A stretch of DNA of 64,000 nt from Actinomycetales bacterium (GTDB taxonomy: Bacteria > Actinomycetota > Actinomycetes > S36-B12): assembly GCA_016125355.1 (NCBI GenBank), contig WGLX01000015.1:19044-83043 (forward strand), written 5' to 3'. Of the stretch, positions 45,312-54,591 are shown one piece after another; positions within the stretch are counted from its first letter, which is position 1; each line of letters begins with the position of its first letter. The notes under the pieces were generated by a model. The model was given only the letters and a program-made list of their open reading frames with translations. It was not told the origin of the DNA and made no database searches. The position numbers and the translations under genes are program-made.

Positions 45312-45371
45312 TGGATGTGGGCATGCACACGGACATCGCATGACATAGATCGGCCATGCAGGACATGGCGA

Positions 45372-45403
45372 GTGAGGCCCGGGCGCTACGGCCCGGGCCT
45401 CAC
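45372..45403 (+). terminator. Stem-loop terminator candidate downstream of nrdJ
   Basis: GTGAGGCCCGGGC-gctacg-GCCCGGGCCTCAC forms a perfect 13-bp GC-rich stem 61 nt after the nrdJ stop. There is no U-tract, which is common in actinobacteria. Confidence 0.55.
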
Positions 45404-45444
45404 GTTCGTAGACGACACGTGGAGCAACTGCGACGATCGCACCC

Positions 45445-46365
45445 ATGGACCTCGACCTGACGGACGTCGAGAGTTTCGTTGCCGTCACCGACGTGCGGCA
45501 TTTCGGGCGCGCCGCCGACCGCCTGGGCATCTCGGCGTCCGCGTTGACCAAGCGCATCAAGAGGCTCGAGGCCGCGGTGGGCGTTCCCCTCATCGAGCGC
45601 GATACCGGCGGGTTCCTGGGGCTCACGCCCGCCGGTCGGCGTTTCGTGCAGTTTGCCCCGCAGTTGGTGCACGCGGCCCAGGTCGCCAAGTCGGCAGCAA
45701 CCGGCGCGCCGGTGGAGACCCTGCGGCTCGCCGTACCGGACGGCGTCGGTGTCGTGGCACCACTGATGCCTCAGGCGCTGGCCACGCTTGAACTGGCGCT
45801 GCAGCACGCTCACCCCGAGGTGACTGTCGAGTCGGTGCGGACGCCATTCCCGGAACTGACACCGTCGCTGCTCGCCGGTGATGTCGACGTGGTCCTGACG
45901 TTCGGGCCCTCCCCGAGTCCCGACGTCATCTCCACGCGACTCTCCGAGATTCATCGGGTCGGGCTGGTGGGTGCCACGCATCCACTGGCCGTCAGGCACG
46001 CCGTGGATGTGCAGGAGTTCGCTCGGTTGCCGATGATCTACAGCCCTGACTTGCCCGACGAGTACATGCATCCCTTCGTTCTGGCTGACGTTCGGCCGCT
46101 CGACGAGGCCAACCTGGTGCCGATCATGGCGTCGAACACGTCGCATGTCGCGCAGCGCATCCTGCTCGGGCGCGAGGTGACCGTGGTGCCGGTCGCGCTC
46201 ACCGGCAACCTGCCGCCTGAACTCCAACGGGTGGGGCTCATCGGCGTCCCGGCCAGTTGGTACCACGCGCATCGGCGCAGCGGCGATGATCGCCCAGCAC
46301 TGCTGACCGCCATCGATCTGATGACCGAGTTCACCCAGTCGATCACTCGGTCCGCGTTGCCCTGA
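45445..46365 (+). CDS. LysR-family transcriptional regulator
   Basis: 306 aa. N-terminal HTH FVAVTDVRHFGRAADRLGISASALTKRIKRLE. Confidence 0.85.
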   Translation: MDLDLTDVESFVAVTDVRHFGRAADRLGISASALTKRIKRLEAAVGVPLIERDTGGFLGLTPAGRRFVQFAPQLVHAAQVAKSAATGAPVETLRLAVPDGVGVVAPLMPQALATLELALQHAHPEVTVESVRTPFPELTPSLLAGDVDVVLTFGPSPSPDVISTRLSEIHRVGLVGATHPLAVRHAVDVQEFARLPMIYSPDLPDEYMHPFVLADVRPLDEANLVPIMASNTSHVAQRILLGREVTVVPVALTGNLPPELQRVGLIGVPASWYHAHRRSGDDRPALLTAIDLMTEFTQSITRSALP

Positions 46366-46478
46366 GGGGCCTCTCTTTCCGCGGGGGAAACAACAGGCAC
46401 CGAGAGGAGGTGTCGGGTCTAGCGTCCGTTTCTGAGGAACTTGCGGGCATCACGAGCCCGCGCCGGACGGGAGGCCGC

Positions 46479-47099
46479 ATGGGTACCGTGGCGGTGGGGG
46501 CGCTGTGCGGCCTTGCCTGGGCGTGCGGGCTGCGAGGTTTCATGTCCCTACTGGCAGGTTGGTCATCCACCGTGACGTGGCCCGGGACCTTCCTGTTTCT
46601 CCTCCTGCCGGGTGTCGTGGTCGGGCTGCTGCTCGGGCTGGCCGAACACCTGCGCCGCACGACAGGGAACCCGCGAGGTCGGCTGCTGGTGTGGTCGCCG
46701 TTCGCGTTCGCAGCCGTTCTGGTGGTGGGCATCGTCCGGGACGGCTTCCACGTCGAGGGCGGCATCGGCACAGGAGCCATCGGCCTGCCCGCATTCAGCA
46801 TCATCGGCGCCTATGCCCTGGCCGGGCGGCGCCGATGGGCGCGGGTCGCCTGCGGCCTCCTGGTGCTGGTACCAGTCCCGATCTTGCTGCTCCTGGAGGT
46901 GGCCGGCGGCACCTCGGTCAACTTCGGTGATCCCAGAGGCGTGTGGATGTCCGTCTACCTGGTGACCTTCATCGCCGTGCTGATGGTGGCGACGTCGATT
47001 CCGTTACGCATCCCGCCTCGGCGACCTGCGGGCCCACTCGCTACGGTCTCCGCTCTCCCCGTCGATGCAACGACTACTGCCCAACACGGGGCCACGTGA
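46479..47099 (+). CDS. Hypothetical integral membrane protein
   Basis: About 206 aa from the ATG preceded by GGGAGG; the track start is 46410. Five to six hydrophobic helices. No family recognised. Confidence 0.5.
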   Translation: MGTVAVGALCGLAWACGLRGFMSLLAGWSSTVTWPGTFLFLLLPGVVVGLLLGLAEHLRRTTGNPRGRLLVWSPFAFAAVLVVGIVRDGFHVEGGIGTGAIGLPAFSIIGAYALAGRRRWARVACGLLVLVPVPILLLLEVAGGTSVNFGDPRGVWMSVYLVTFIAVLMVATSIPLRIPPRRPAGPLATVSALPVDATTTAQHGAT

Positions 47100-47599
47100 T
47101 GACTGGGCGCGCTTTCCACCGCGTCGATGGGGCGCCTTTACCCACCGACGCCGCCATCGCGACGTCGTCGTCGCCCTACGCCGCACCAATCAGATGGATC
47201 CTGCGGCTGGCGGGCCTCACCGCCGTGATCAACGGCGCGGGGTTTGGGGCCTTCGACATTCCGGCCATGTGGCACCTCGCCCGTTACGGCACGGTGTGGA
47301 ATGCCCTGGGAGAGCCCACATACGGCCACGGCCCCTTCGAAGCTCATGGCGTGTCCGTGACCGTGCCGATTCTGGCCGCCTTCTTCGTCGCATGCGTCGT
47401 GCTGACGGTCGGAGGCCTTCTGCTCCTAGTTCCCCGCTCGACAGGAATGGTCGTCGCCCTGGTCGGTATCGCTGTGTGCGCCCCGTTCTGGTGGGGTTTC
47501 CATCTCCCCGGCGGCTGGACGATGGCGGCCGCCACCGTGATCCTGTTGTCGTTGGCCTGGGTCATGCACTGGCACGCCGGACGAAGAGCCCGAAAGTGA
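47099..47599 (+). CDS. Hypothetical integral membrane protein
   Basis: 166 aa. The ATG overlaps the upstream TGA (TGATG). About four hydrophobic helices. No family recognised. Confidence 0.5.
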   Translation: MTGRAFHRVDGAPLPTDAAIATSSSPYAAPIRWILRLAGLTAVINGAGFGAFDIPAMWHLARYGTVWNALGEPTYGHGPFEAHGVSVTVPILAAFFVACVVLTVGGLLLLVPRSTGMVVALVGIAVCAPFWWGFHLPGGWTMAAATVILLSLAWVMHWHAGRRARK

Positions 47600-48258
47600 C
47601 AATCGACGACGCTCGAGTTCTCCAACGGGCGGCATGGGCCGGCGTCGCGTCGGTGGTGACACTCGCCGTCGGCTTGGCACTGTGCTCTCTGGCCGGGGTG
47701 GACGCTCCCGGGGATCTGGACGCGGACATCGCCGACAGGATCAGCGATGACGGTCACCAGATCGCCGCCGGTGTCGGGCTGCCAGTGATCGCCATGGGGG
47801 TCGCGCTCCTCGTGTGGTTCGCGACCGGTCTGCAGTGGCTGCTCGGCAGGCTCTCCGGCAACGATCCGCTGACGCACGCGATCGTGCCCGCGGCCGCGCT
47901 GTTTGGCGGGTTGCTGATCACGGGCACATCCCTCGACGTCTCGAGCGCGATCACGGGCCTCGCCTCCGATGCATTCACCCCGACCCTGGATACCGCGAGG
48001 GTGCTCGGCACGGCAGGGCTCATCATCGGGCTCACCGGGTTGACGGGGGGTGCCGTGATGGTGGCTGTGACAGCGCGAATCGCCCGCGCGGCGCGCGCGC
48101 TGCCGACGTGGGCGACGTGGGCGTCCTACCTGGTCGCGGCGCTGTGCCTGACCAGTTTCTGGAACGGCGGCGCCGCCTCGGTGGCCTTCGGGATCTGGAT
48201 CGTCGGCGCCGTCGTCGTGATGCGGAGGCACGCGTTGGATGGGCACCCAAGCTCCTAG
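47596..48258 (+). CDS. Hypothetical integral membrane protein
   Basis: 220 aa. The GTG overlaps the upstream stop (GTGA). About six hydrophobic helices. No family recognised. Confidence 0.5.
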   Translation: MTIDDARVLQRAAWAGVASVVTLAVGLALCSLAGVDAPGDLDADIADRISDDGHQIAAGVGLPVIAMGVALLVWFATGLQWLLGRLSGNDPLTHAIVPAAALFGGLLITGTSLDVSSAITGLASDAFTPTLDTARVLGTAGLIIGLTGLTGGAVMVAVTARIARAARALPTWATWASYLVAALCLTSFWNGGAASVAFGIWIVGAVVVMRRHALDGHPSS

Positions 48259-48401
48259 GGGACGTAGTGCGACGCCTCACTAGACTGCTGATGTCCAACG
48301 CGAGGAAGGGAGGCACCCGAGCAATGTCCACGTTCGTCACGGCGCCTTCCGCCACCTCCTAGACGGGATCCCAGGGCGCCACTTCCGCTGGAAGGAATCC
48401 C

Positions 48402-48989
48402 ATGGCGTCAACTCCGGAAGCGTCCATCGGTCAACTCGGCCTCGCGCTCGCAACCGTGGGCGGTGTGGTCCATCGCGTCACGTCGGATCAGTGGGCATCG
48501 CCCACGCCGTGCACTGACTGGCCCGTTCGCGCGGTCGTCAATCACCTTGTCGGCATGAACCTGGTGTTCTCCGCCCTGGTCGGCGGCGAGCCGATGCCCA
48601 CCCGTGTCGAGCTCGCCGACGAGGATCTCGCCGCGCGGTACGACTCCTCGGCAGAGCTCCTCCTCGCGGCCTTCAGCGCACCGGGTGCGCTCGACGGCGA
48701 CATCGCGGGACCTTTGGGGAGCGCCTCCGGAGAGGAGCGACTTCAGATCAGGTTGTACGACCTGATCGCGCACGGGTGGGATGTCGCCAGGGCCACGGGG
48801 CAGTCACTGAACCTGCCGGAGGAACTCGTCGAGCACTCCTTGGCCTTCTCCAGCGTCCAACTGCACGGAGTGGACCGCTCAGGGCGCTTCGCCCCCGCAC
48901 GGTCAGTTCCCGATTCAGCAGAGGCCATCGATCGGCTCGTGAGCTTCCTGGGCCGAGATGTGAACTGGTCCGCACCGGCCGAAAGGTAG
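48402..48989 (+). CDS. DinB/mycothiol-maleylpyruvate-isomerase-like metal-binding protein (TIGR03086-like)
   Basis: 195 aa. WASPTPCTDWPVRAVVNHLVG N-terminal motif and DLIAHGWDVARATGQ. Confidence 0.6.
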   Translation: MASTPEASIGQLGLALATVGGVVHRVTSDQWASPTPCTDWPVRAVVNHLVGMNLVFSALVGGEPMPTRVELADEDLAARYDSSAELLLAAFSAPGALDGDIAGPLGSASGEERLQIRLYDLIAHGWDVARATGQSLNLPEELVEHSLAFSSVQLHGVDRSGRFAPARSVPDSAEAIDRLVSFLGRDVNWSAPAER

Positions 48990-49011
48990 GCGCTCGTGCG
49001 GTGCCGCGTTG

Positions 49012-49835
49012 CTAGTTCGGCCGCTCGCACGTGTACATGACGGTGCGGATCCGTTACTCGGCCAGGTTCGTCACCTGGTTCGCGGCCATCTGACCGAACG
49101 CGTCGCCAAGGAAGCCTTGAAGGTCACTGGCGGAGGGCCCTCGTGCTCGACGCGGGCCCGCATCTGCTGGAACCAGGAGAGACTGTCTGCCGAGGAGTCG
49201 ACCTCCGAGAGGACGGTGAAGCCGGCCGCCGGGAGCAGGTCCCGCATCTCATCCGGGGTGGCGAGGAAGCTCGTCGATGCATCCTGCGCCCAGGGCACCG
49301 GGTACTACACCTGGCCGCCCTCGCCCTGCAGCACGTCGTAGACGACGAACCGGCCACCGGGCCGGAGCACGCGGAATGCCTCGGCGTACAGCGCGGCCTT
49401 GTCAGGGATGTTCATCGCCACGTGCACGGTCAGTGCGGCATTCGCGATCTTGTCGGGGAGTCCGGTGGCCGTCGCGTCACCCACGGTGAAGCGGGTCCGG
49501 CTCGACAGGCCGGTCCACGCGGAGAGCGCGGTCGCCACCTCGCAGAACTCCGGCGTGAGGTCGACGCCCGTCACCGAGCAGCCGGTCGTCTCGGCGATGG
49601 TGCGTGCCGGGCCGCCGAGGCCACTGCCGAGATCGACGGCATGGGCATCGGCCGACAGGCCCAATGCGTCGATGATCTCCAGCGAGGCTGCGCGCCCACG
49701 GATGTGGAACTCGTCCACGGGGGCGAGGTCCTCCGGGCGAAGGTTCTCGCGATCAACTCCGGCGGCCTCCAGCTCGGCTGCGATCGCGGCCACCAGGTCA
49801 CCTCCGCCGCTGCAGAACGTCGTGACGTCACTCAT
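49012..49835 (-). pseudogene. Class I SAM-dependent methyltransferase, disrupted
   Basis: N-terminal part is intact (VDLGSGLGGPARTIAE, MNIPDK). An in-frame TAG sits at 49305-49307 (..GEGGQV*YPVPWAQD..). The homologous sequence continues in the same frame, then shifts frame near 49114-49125 (..GPPPVTFK | GFLGDAFGQMAANQVTNLAE). A second in-frame stop, TAA, sits at 49054-49056 before the ancestral TAG at 49012-49014. The total span of 824 nt is not divisible by 3. Confidence 0.7.
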
Positions 49836-49875
49836 GGGCGGGATCGTGGCACCGGATCGCCCCCGCGTCCATGGC

Positions 49876-50349
49876 CTAGAAGATCGCGAGCTGGTGCTCG
49901 GGGTCGATGAGCTCCTGGAGCTCGATGACATTCCCGTCGGGGTCACGGCCGTACGTGGACCTCTGCGCTCCCGGGCCGGTCTTCGCGGCCGGCGGGGGCG
50001 GGCAGTGGAAGGTCATGCCGGCCGCCGACAGCCGTTCATACTCGGCGTCGATGTCGACGACGTCGAGGCAGAAGTGCGTGTAGCCATGGTCGTTGACCGG
50101 CCGGTCGGGGGACTGGGTCGCGCCCTCCGGACTGATGTACTGGAACAGCTCCAGGTAGGCGTTGCCCAGCCTCAGCTTGGCCGAGCGAGCAGCCGACCCG
50201 GTGAGTCCGACGATCCGGTCCACCTCGTCGGAACCGGCCTTCCAGCCGCTCTCACGGACGAACTCCATGCCGATGACGTCGCGGTAGAACGCGATGAGCC
50301 GGTCGATATCGCCCGTGCTGATCGCCACGTGATGGATGCCTCGGATCAT
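49876..50349 (-). CDS. VOC/glyoxalase-family protein
   Basis: 157 aa. MIRGIHHVAISTGDIDRLIAFYRDVIGMEF...DPDGNVIEL. The 651-aa track ORF is an antisense read-through extension. Confidence 0.8.
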   Translation of the reverse strand: MIRGIHHVAISTGDIDRLIAFYRDVIGMEFVRESGWKAGSDEVDRIVGLTGSAARSAKLRLGNAYLELFQYISPEGATQSPDRPVNDHGYTHFCLDVVDIDAEYERLSAAGMTFHCPPPPAAKTGPGAQRSTYGRDPDGNVIELQELIDPEHQLAIF

Positions 50350-50424
50350 GATCTGCCTCGCAGCGCTGGGGGACGGTTCTCGCGATCGTAACCACGCAGC
50401 GCCTTCCGGTGACACGATGGGGCG

Positions 50425-51888
50425 ATGGCCAGAATGCATCCGGGCAGGGGGCCGAACGAACCGCAGGTCGTGCTGCTCTTCGGGGCGACAGGGGACCTGG
50501 CGCGCCGGAAGCTGCTCCCCGGACTGTTCCACCTGGCCCGCTCGGGCCTCATTCCCGGGATGCGCATCGTCGGGGTCTCGCTCGACGACATCTCCCTCGA
50601 CGAGTTCCGCGAGCGTGCCCACGCGTCCCTGGAGGAGTTCTACTCGCGCGGACTCGAGGAGGACGCCTGGCAGGCATTCTCCGAGCAGCTCGACTACGTG
50701 CCCACGGGCGCAGGCGCCAGTGCCATCGCCGACGCCGTGGCGCGCGCGGAGGCTCGGCTCGAGGGCGACGTGCGACGCCTGTACTACCTCGCCGTCCCCC
50801 CACGAGCGGGTGAGCAGGCCGTGCGGATGCTCGACGAGGCGGGCGTGATCGAGCGGTCCCGGGTGGTCATGGAGAAGCCCTTCGGCGTCGACCTCGAGAG
50901 CGCCGTGACCCTCAACCGCATGCTGCACGAGGTGTTCGACGAGGAGCAGATCTTCCGCATCGACCACTTCCTCGGCAAGGAGCCGGCGCTCAACATCCTC
51001 GCGTTCCGGTTCGCGAACGGGCTCTTCGAGCCGATCTGGAACCGCACCTTCATCGACCACATCCAGATCGACGTCCCCGAGAGTCTCGGGCTGGAGACCC
51101 GTGGCGAGTTCTACGAGCAGACCGGCGCCTACCGGGACATGGTGGTCACCCACCTGTTCCAGATCCTCGCCTTCATCGCCATGGAGCCGCCGACCGAGCT
51201 CAACCCGGCGGCGATCACCATCGAGAAGAACAAGGTGTTCCGCAGCATGCTGCCGGTCGAGCCGGCGGACGTCGTGCGCGGCCAGTACACGGGATACCTC
51301 GACATCCCCGGCGTGGCACCCGACTCGGAGACCGAGACGTTCATCGCGCTGCGCTGCTACATCGATAACTGGCGCTGGGCGGGCGTGCCATTCTTCCTGC
51401 GCACGGGAAAGCAGCTCGCCGAAGGCCAGCGGATCGTGTCCATCGCCTTCAACGAGCCGCCGAAGAGCATGTTCCCGGCCGACTCCGGCGTGGGCGCGCA
51501 CGGGCCGGATCACCTGACCTTCGATCTGGCCGACTCCGCGAAGATGTCGCTGTCCTTCTACGGCAAGCGGCCAGGGCCGGGCATGCGCCTGGACAAGCTG
51601 AGCCTGCAGTTCGCCATGCACGACACCGGCCTCGAGGGGGACGTGTTCGAGGCGTACGAGCGGCTCATCCTCGACGCCATGAAGGGCGACCACACCCTGT
51701 TCACGACCGCGGATGGCATCGAGCGGCTCTGGGAGGTCTCGGCGCCACTTATCGCGAGTCCGCCGCCGGTCCGGCCCTATGCGCCCGGCTCGTGGGGGCC
51801 GAACGCCATCCACCAGCTGATCGCGCCGCACGCGTGGCGGCTGCCCTTCGAGCGCACGTGGCGCGACCCGAACAGCCTGGGCGCCTGA
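50425..51888 (+). CDS. zwf: Glucose-6-phosphate dehydrogenase
   Basis: 487 aa. NADP-binding [12 protein letters not shown] and active-site RIDHFLGKE. Confidence 0.9.
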   Translation: MARMHPGRGPNEPQVVLLFGATGDLARRKLLPGLFHLARSGLIPGMRIVGVSLDDISLDEFRERAHASLEEFYSRGLEEDAWQAFSEQLDYVPTGAGASAIADAVARAEARLEGDVRRLYYLAVPPRAGEQAVRMLDEAGVIERSRVVMEKPFGVDLESAVTLNRMLHEVFDEEQIFRIDHFLGKEPALNILAFRFANGLFEPIWNRTFIDHIQIDVPESLGLETRGEFYEQTGAYRDMVVTHLFQILAFIAMEPPTELNPAAITIEKNKVFRSMLPVEPADVVRGQYTGYLDIPGVAPDSETETFIALRCYIDNWRWAGVPFFLRTGKQLAEGQRIVSIAFNEPPKSMFPADSGVGAHGPDHLTFDLADSAKMSLSFYGKRPGPGMRLDKLSLQFAMHDTGLEGDVFEAYERLILDAMKGDHTLFTTADGIERLWEVSAPLIASPPPVRPYAPGSWGPNAIHQLIAPHAWRLPFERTWRDPNSLGA

Positions 51889-51902
51889 CCAGTGTCGTTG
51901 GC

Positions 51903-53030
51903 ATGACCTCGCTCGGCGCCGCTGCGCAGAACCTGCTGGCCGAGCTGGTGTCGATCGACAGCGTCAACCCCGGGCTCGTCGACGGCGCCGCCGGCGAGGC
52001 GCGAATCATCGAGCACCTGCGCGCCCGGCTCGATGCGTCGGGCTTCCTCACCTCGGTGATCGAGGCGTCGGGCCGGCAGGGTCGCCCCAGCCTGGTGGCT
52101 GTCCCGCCGGGCCCGGCCGGGGACCGCCCGACGATCGTGCTCAACGGGCATGTCGACACCGTCGGGGTGGCCGGCATGAGCGCGCCGTTCGTGCCACGGG
52201 TCGACGGTGACCGGATGTACGGCCGGGGGACGGCCGACATGAAGGGCGGTGTCGCCGCCCTGGTGGTCGCTGCCGAGCATCTTGTCGCGTCAGGCGCGCG
52301 GGTGCGTCCGGTGCTTGCCCTAGTGGCCGACGAGGAGGACGCGAGCCTCGGCAGCGAGGCCGTCATCGCGGCCCTGCCGTCGATGGGGCTTGCACCCGAC
52401 GCCTGCCTGATCGCCGAGCCGACCGACCTCGCGCTCACCCGGTCACTGCGCGGCTTCGGGGTGGCACGGGTTCGGCTCCCCGGTCGTGCGGCACACAGCT
52501 CACAGGCGGATCTGGGCGTCAACGCCGTCACGCGCCTCGGACACCTGCTGCAGGCGGTTGACGAGCGATCGGCGGCGGTTCGCGCGTCCGGAGGGGACCT
52601 CATGGTCACGATGGTCCGCGGGGGGTCGACGCCCTTCGTCATCCCCGACTCCGCGGAGTGCCTCGTCGAACTGCGCACCCTGCCCGACGCCCCCGGTTCC
52701 GGCGTGCTGGACGAGGTTGGAGCCGTGCTGGACGACGGCTGGGCGGCCGAGGTCACGCTGGTCGCCGCGCGTGACGGCTGGCGCCAGGAGGAGAGCGGCC
52801 CGGTCGCCGACCTCGCTGTGCGCCTGGGCGAGGCCCTCGGCACGGGACTGACCTTCGAGGCCCCGTACTGGATGGAAGCCCCGCTGTGGCAGCGAACCTG
52901 CCCGACGCTGGTCTGCGGGCCCTCGGGCGGGGGGCTGCACTCCGTGGACGAGTGGGTGGACCTCCGCCAGGTGCGGTCGTTCACGGAGGCCCTCGTGTCG
53001 GTGCTGGGGAAATGGGAGGCGAAGGAGTGA
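51903..53030 (+). CDS. M20-family metallohydrolase (ArgE/DapE/ACY1-like)
   Basis: 375 aa. GHVDTV, GRGTADMKGG and ADEE metal ligands. It starts 14 nt after zwf. Confidence 0.8.
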   Translation: MTSLGAAAQNLLAELVSIDSVNPGLVDGAAGEARIIEHLRARLDASGFLTSVIEASGRQGRPSLVAVPPGPAGDRPTIVLNGHVDTVGVAGMSAPFVPRVDGDRMYGRGTADMKGGVAALVVAAEHLVASGARVRPVLALVADEEDASLGSEAVIAALPSMGLAPDACLIAEPTDLALTRSLRGFGVARVRLPGRAAHSSQADLGVNAVTRLGHLLQAVDERSAAVRASGGDLMVTMVRGGSTPFVIPDSAECLVELRTLPDAPGSGVLDEVGAVLDDGWAAEVTLVAARDGWRQEESGPVADLAVRLGEALGTGLTFEAPYWMEAPLWQRTCPTLVCGPSGGGLHSVDEWVDLRQVRSFTEALVSVLGKWEAKE

Positions 53031-53032
53031 CC

Positions 53033-54064
53033 ATGCGAGGACTGGTCAAGACCAGCCGCGGGATCGGGCACGTCGAGCTCCGCGACGACCTCCCCGACCC
53101 GACAGCGGGACCGGGCTGGGTGGTGGCCGACGTGCTCGCGTGTGGCGTCTGCGGGACGGACCTGCACATCCTCGACGACGAGCACAAGTACTGGCCGCCG
53201 GTGGTGCTCGGACACGAGTACGTGGTGCGCATCCGCGAGGTCGGCGAGGGCGTCACGGGCTTCCAGGTGGGGGACCGCGTGGTGTGCGAGCAGCACACCC
53301 TCGCGTGCGGCACCTGTGACGCCTGCCGGCGCGGGGCCATCCACCTGTGCCCCGACAAGCGCTCGCCGGGGTGGGGCATCGACGGTGCCTTCGCCGACCG
53401 GGTGCGGCTGCCGGCGCACCTGCTCCACCGCGTGCCCGATGGAGTACCCGACCTGACGGCCGTCGTCACCGAGCCGATGGCCATCTGCGTGACCGGGCTG
53501 GATCGCGCGGGCTCCGTCCTGGGCCAGCGGGTGGGGGTGATCGGACCAGGCCCGGTGGGCCTGCTCACGGCGCTCATCGCACGGGCCGGCGGTGCCGCCG
53601 ACGTGACGGTCATCGGCCGACCGTCGAGCCTGGCCCGACTCGAGCTCGCCGAGTCCCTTGGCCTGAGCGTGGTCACCCTGACTCAGGTCGGAACGCTGCC
53701 GGATGTTGCCGGGATCACGCCCGCCGAGTTCGATGTCGTCGTCGAGACCTCGGGATCGGGCGATGGCCTGAGTCTTGCCATGACCATGACCCGACGACTG
53801 GGCACCATCGTCTGCCTCGGGATCGGCGGTCGCGGCGCTCAACCCGTCGACTACGACCAGGCGATGACCCGCGCGCTCACCGTGGCGTTCAGCATGTCGT
53901 CCGAGTACTCCGCCTGGGATCGGGCACTACGGCTGCTGGAGGAGGGCCTGGATCCGACGCCGCTCGTGACGACGTATGCGCTCGCGGACTGGGCGGGCAT
54001 GTTCGACGCGGTGCGCGCGAAGGCCGTGGTCAAGGCCGTGCTGCTGCCGGGCGCACAGGAGTGA
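53033..54064 (+). CDS. Zinc-dependent medium-chain dehydrogenase (threonine/sorbitol dehydrogenase-like)
   Basis: 343 aa. GVCGTDLH, GHE, structural-zinc CGTCDACRRGAIHLC and Rossmann VIGPGPVG. A GAAGGAG RBS lies in the M20 3' end. Confidence 0.85.
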   Translation: MRGLVKTSRGIGHVELRDDLPDPTAGPGWVVADVLACGVCGTDLHILDDEHKYWPPVVLGHEYVVRIREVGEGVTGFQVGDRVVCEQHTLACGTCDACRRGAIHLCPDKRSPGWGIDGAFADRVRLPAHLLHRVPDGVPDLTAVVTEPMAICVTGLDRAGSVLGQRVGVIGPGPVGLLTALIARAGGAADVTVIGRPSSLARLELAESLGLSVVTLTQVGTLPDVAGITPAEFDVVVETSGSGDGLSLAMTMTRRLGTIVCLGIGGRGAQPVDYDQAMTRALTVAFSMSSEYSAWDRALRLLEEGLDPTPLVTTYALADWAGMFDAVRAKAVVKAVLLPGAQE

Positions 54065-54591
54065 CCCCACCCCGGCGGGTGCTCCTCATCGGCCTCATGG
54101 GAGCGGGCAAGACCGCGGTCGGCACGGCGCTGTCCGCAGCATGGGGGATCCCGTACCTCGACAACGACGCCCTCCTCGAGGCGGAGAACGGCATGGGGCT
54201 GCTCGACCTCGCCGCGCAGGGCCAGGCGATCCTGCACGAGGCGGAGTCCCGGCACCTGCGGTCGCTGGCAGACGTCCCCGGCCCGTGGGTCGCGGGCGCC
54301 GCGGCCAGCCTCGGGGACCGGCCCGACGACTGCTCCTTCGTCCGCGCGCACTTCCTGGGGATCTACCTGCATGGGGATCCGGAGACACTGGCCGCCCGGC
54401 TTCGGCAGGACCCGGAGCGGCCGTGGCTGGGCGACGACCCGGACTCCGTCATCCACGCGATGTACGACCGTCGCGACGCCGCGTTCCGCTCGGCCGCCGC
54501 CATCGTTGTCGATGGCACCCGGCAGGTCCCCGACGTCGTGGCCGACATCGTGGCCCTCATGGCGGATACGCTGCGTTCGGAGGGGCCATGA
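54061..54591 (+). CDS. Shikimate-kinase-family (AroK-like) P-loop kinase
   Basis: 176 aa from a GTG overlapping the upstream stop (GTGA). LIGLMGAGKTAVG Walker A and YLDNDALLE. Confidence 0.6.
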   Translation: MTPPRRVLLIGLMGAGKTAVGTALSAAWGIPYLDNDALLEAENGMGLLDLAAQGQAILHEAESRHLRSLADVPGPWVAGAAASLGDRPDDCSFVRAHFLGIYLHGDPETLAARLRQDPERPWLGDDPDSVIHAMYDRRDAAFRSAAAIVVDGTRQVPDVVADIVALMADTLRSEGP

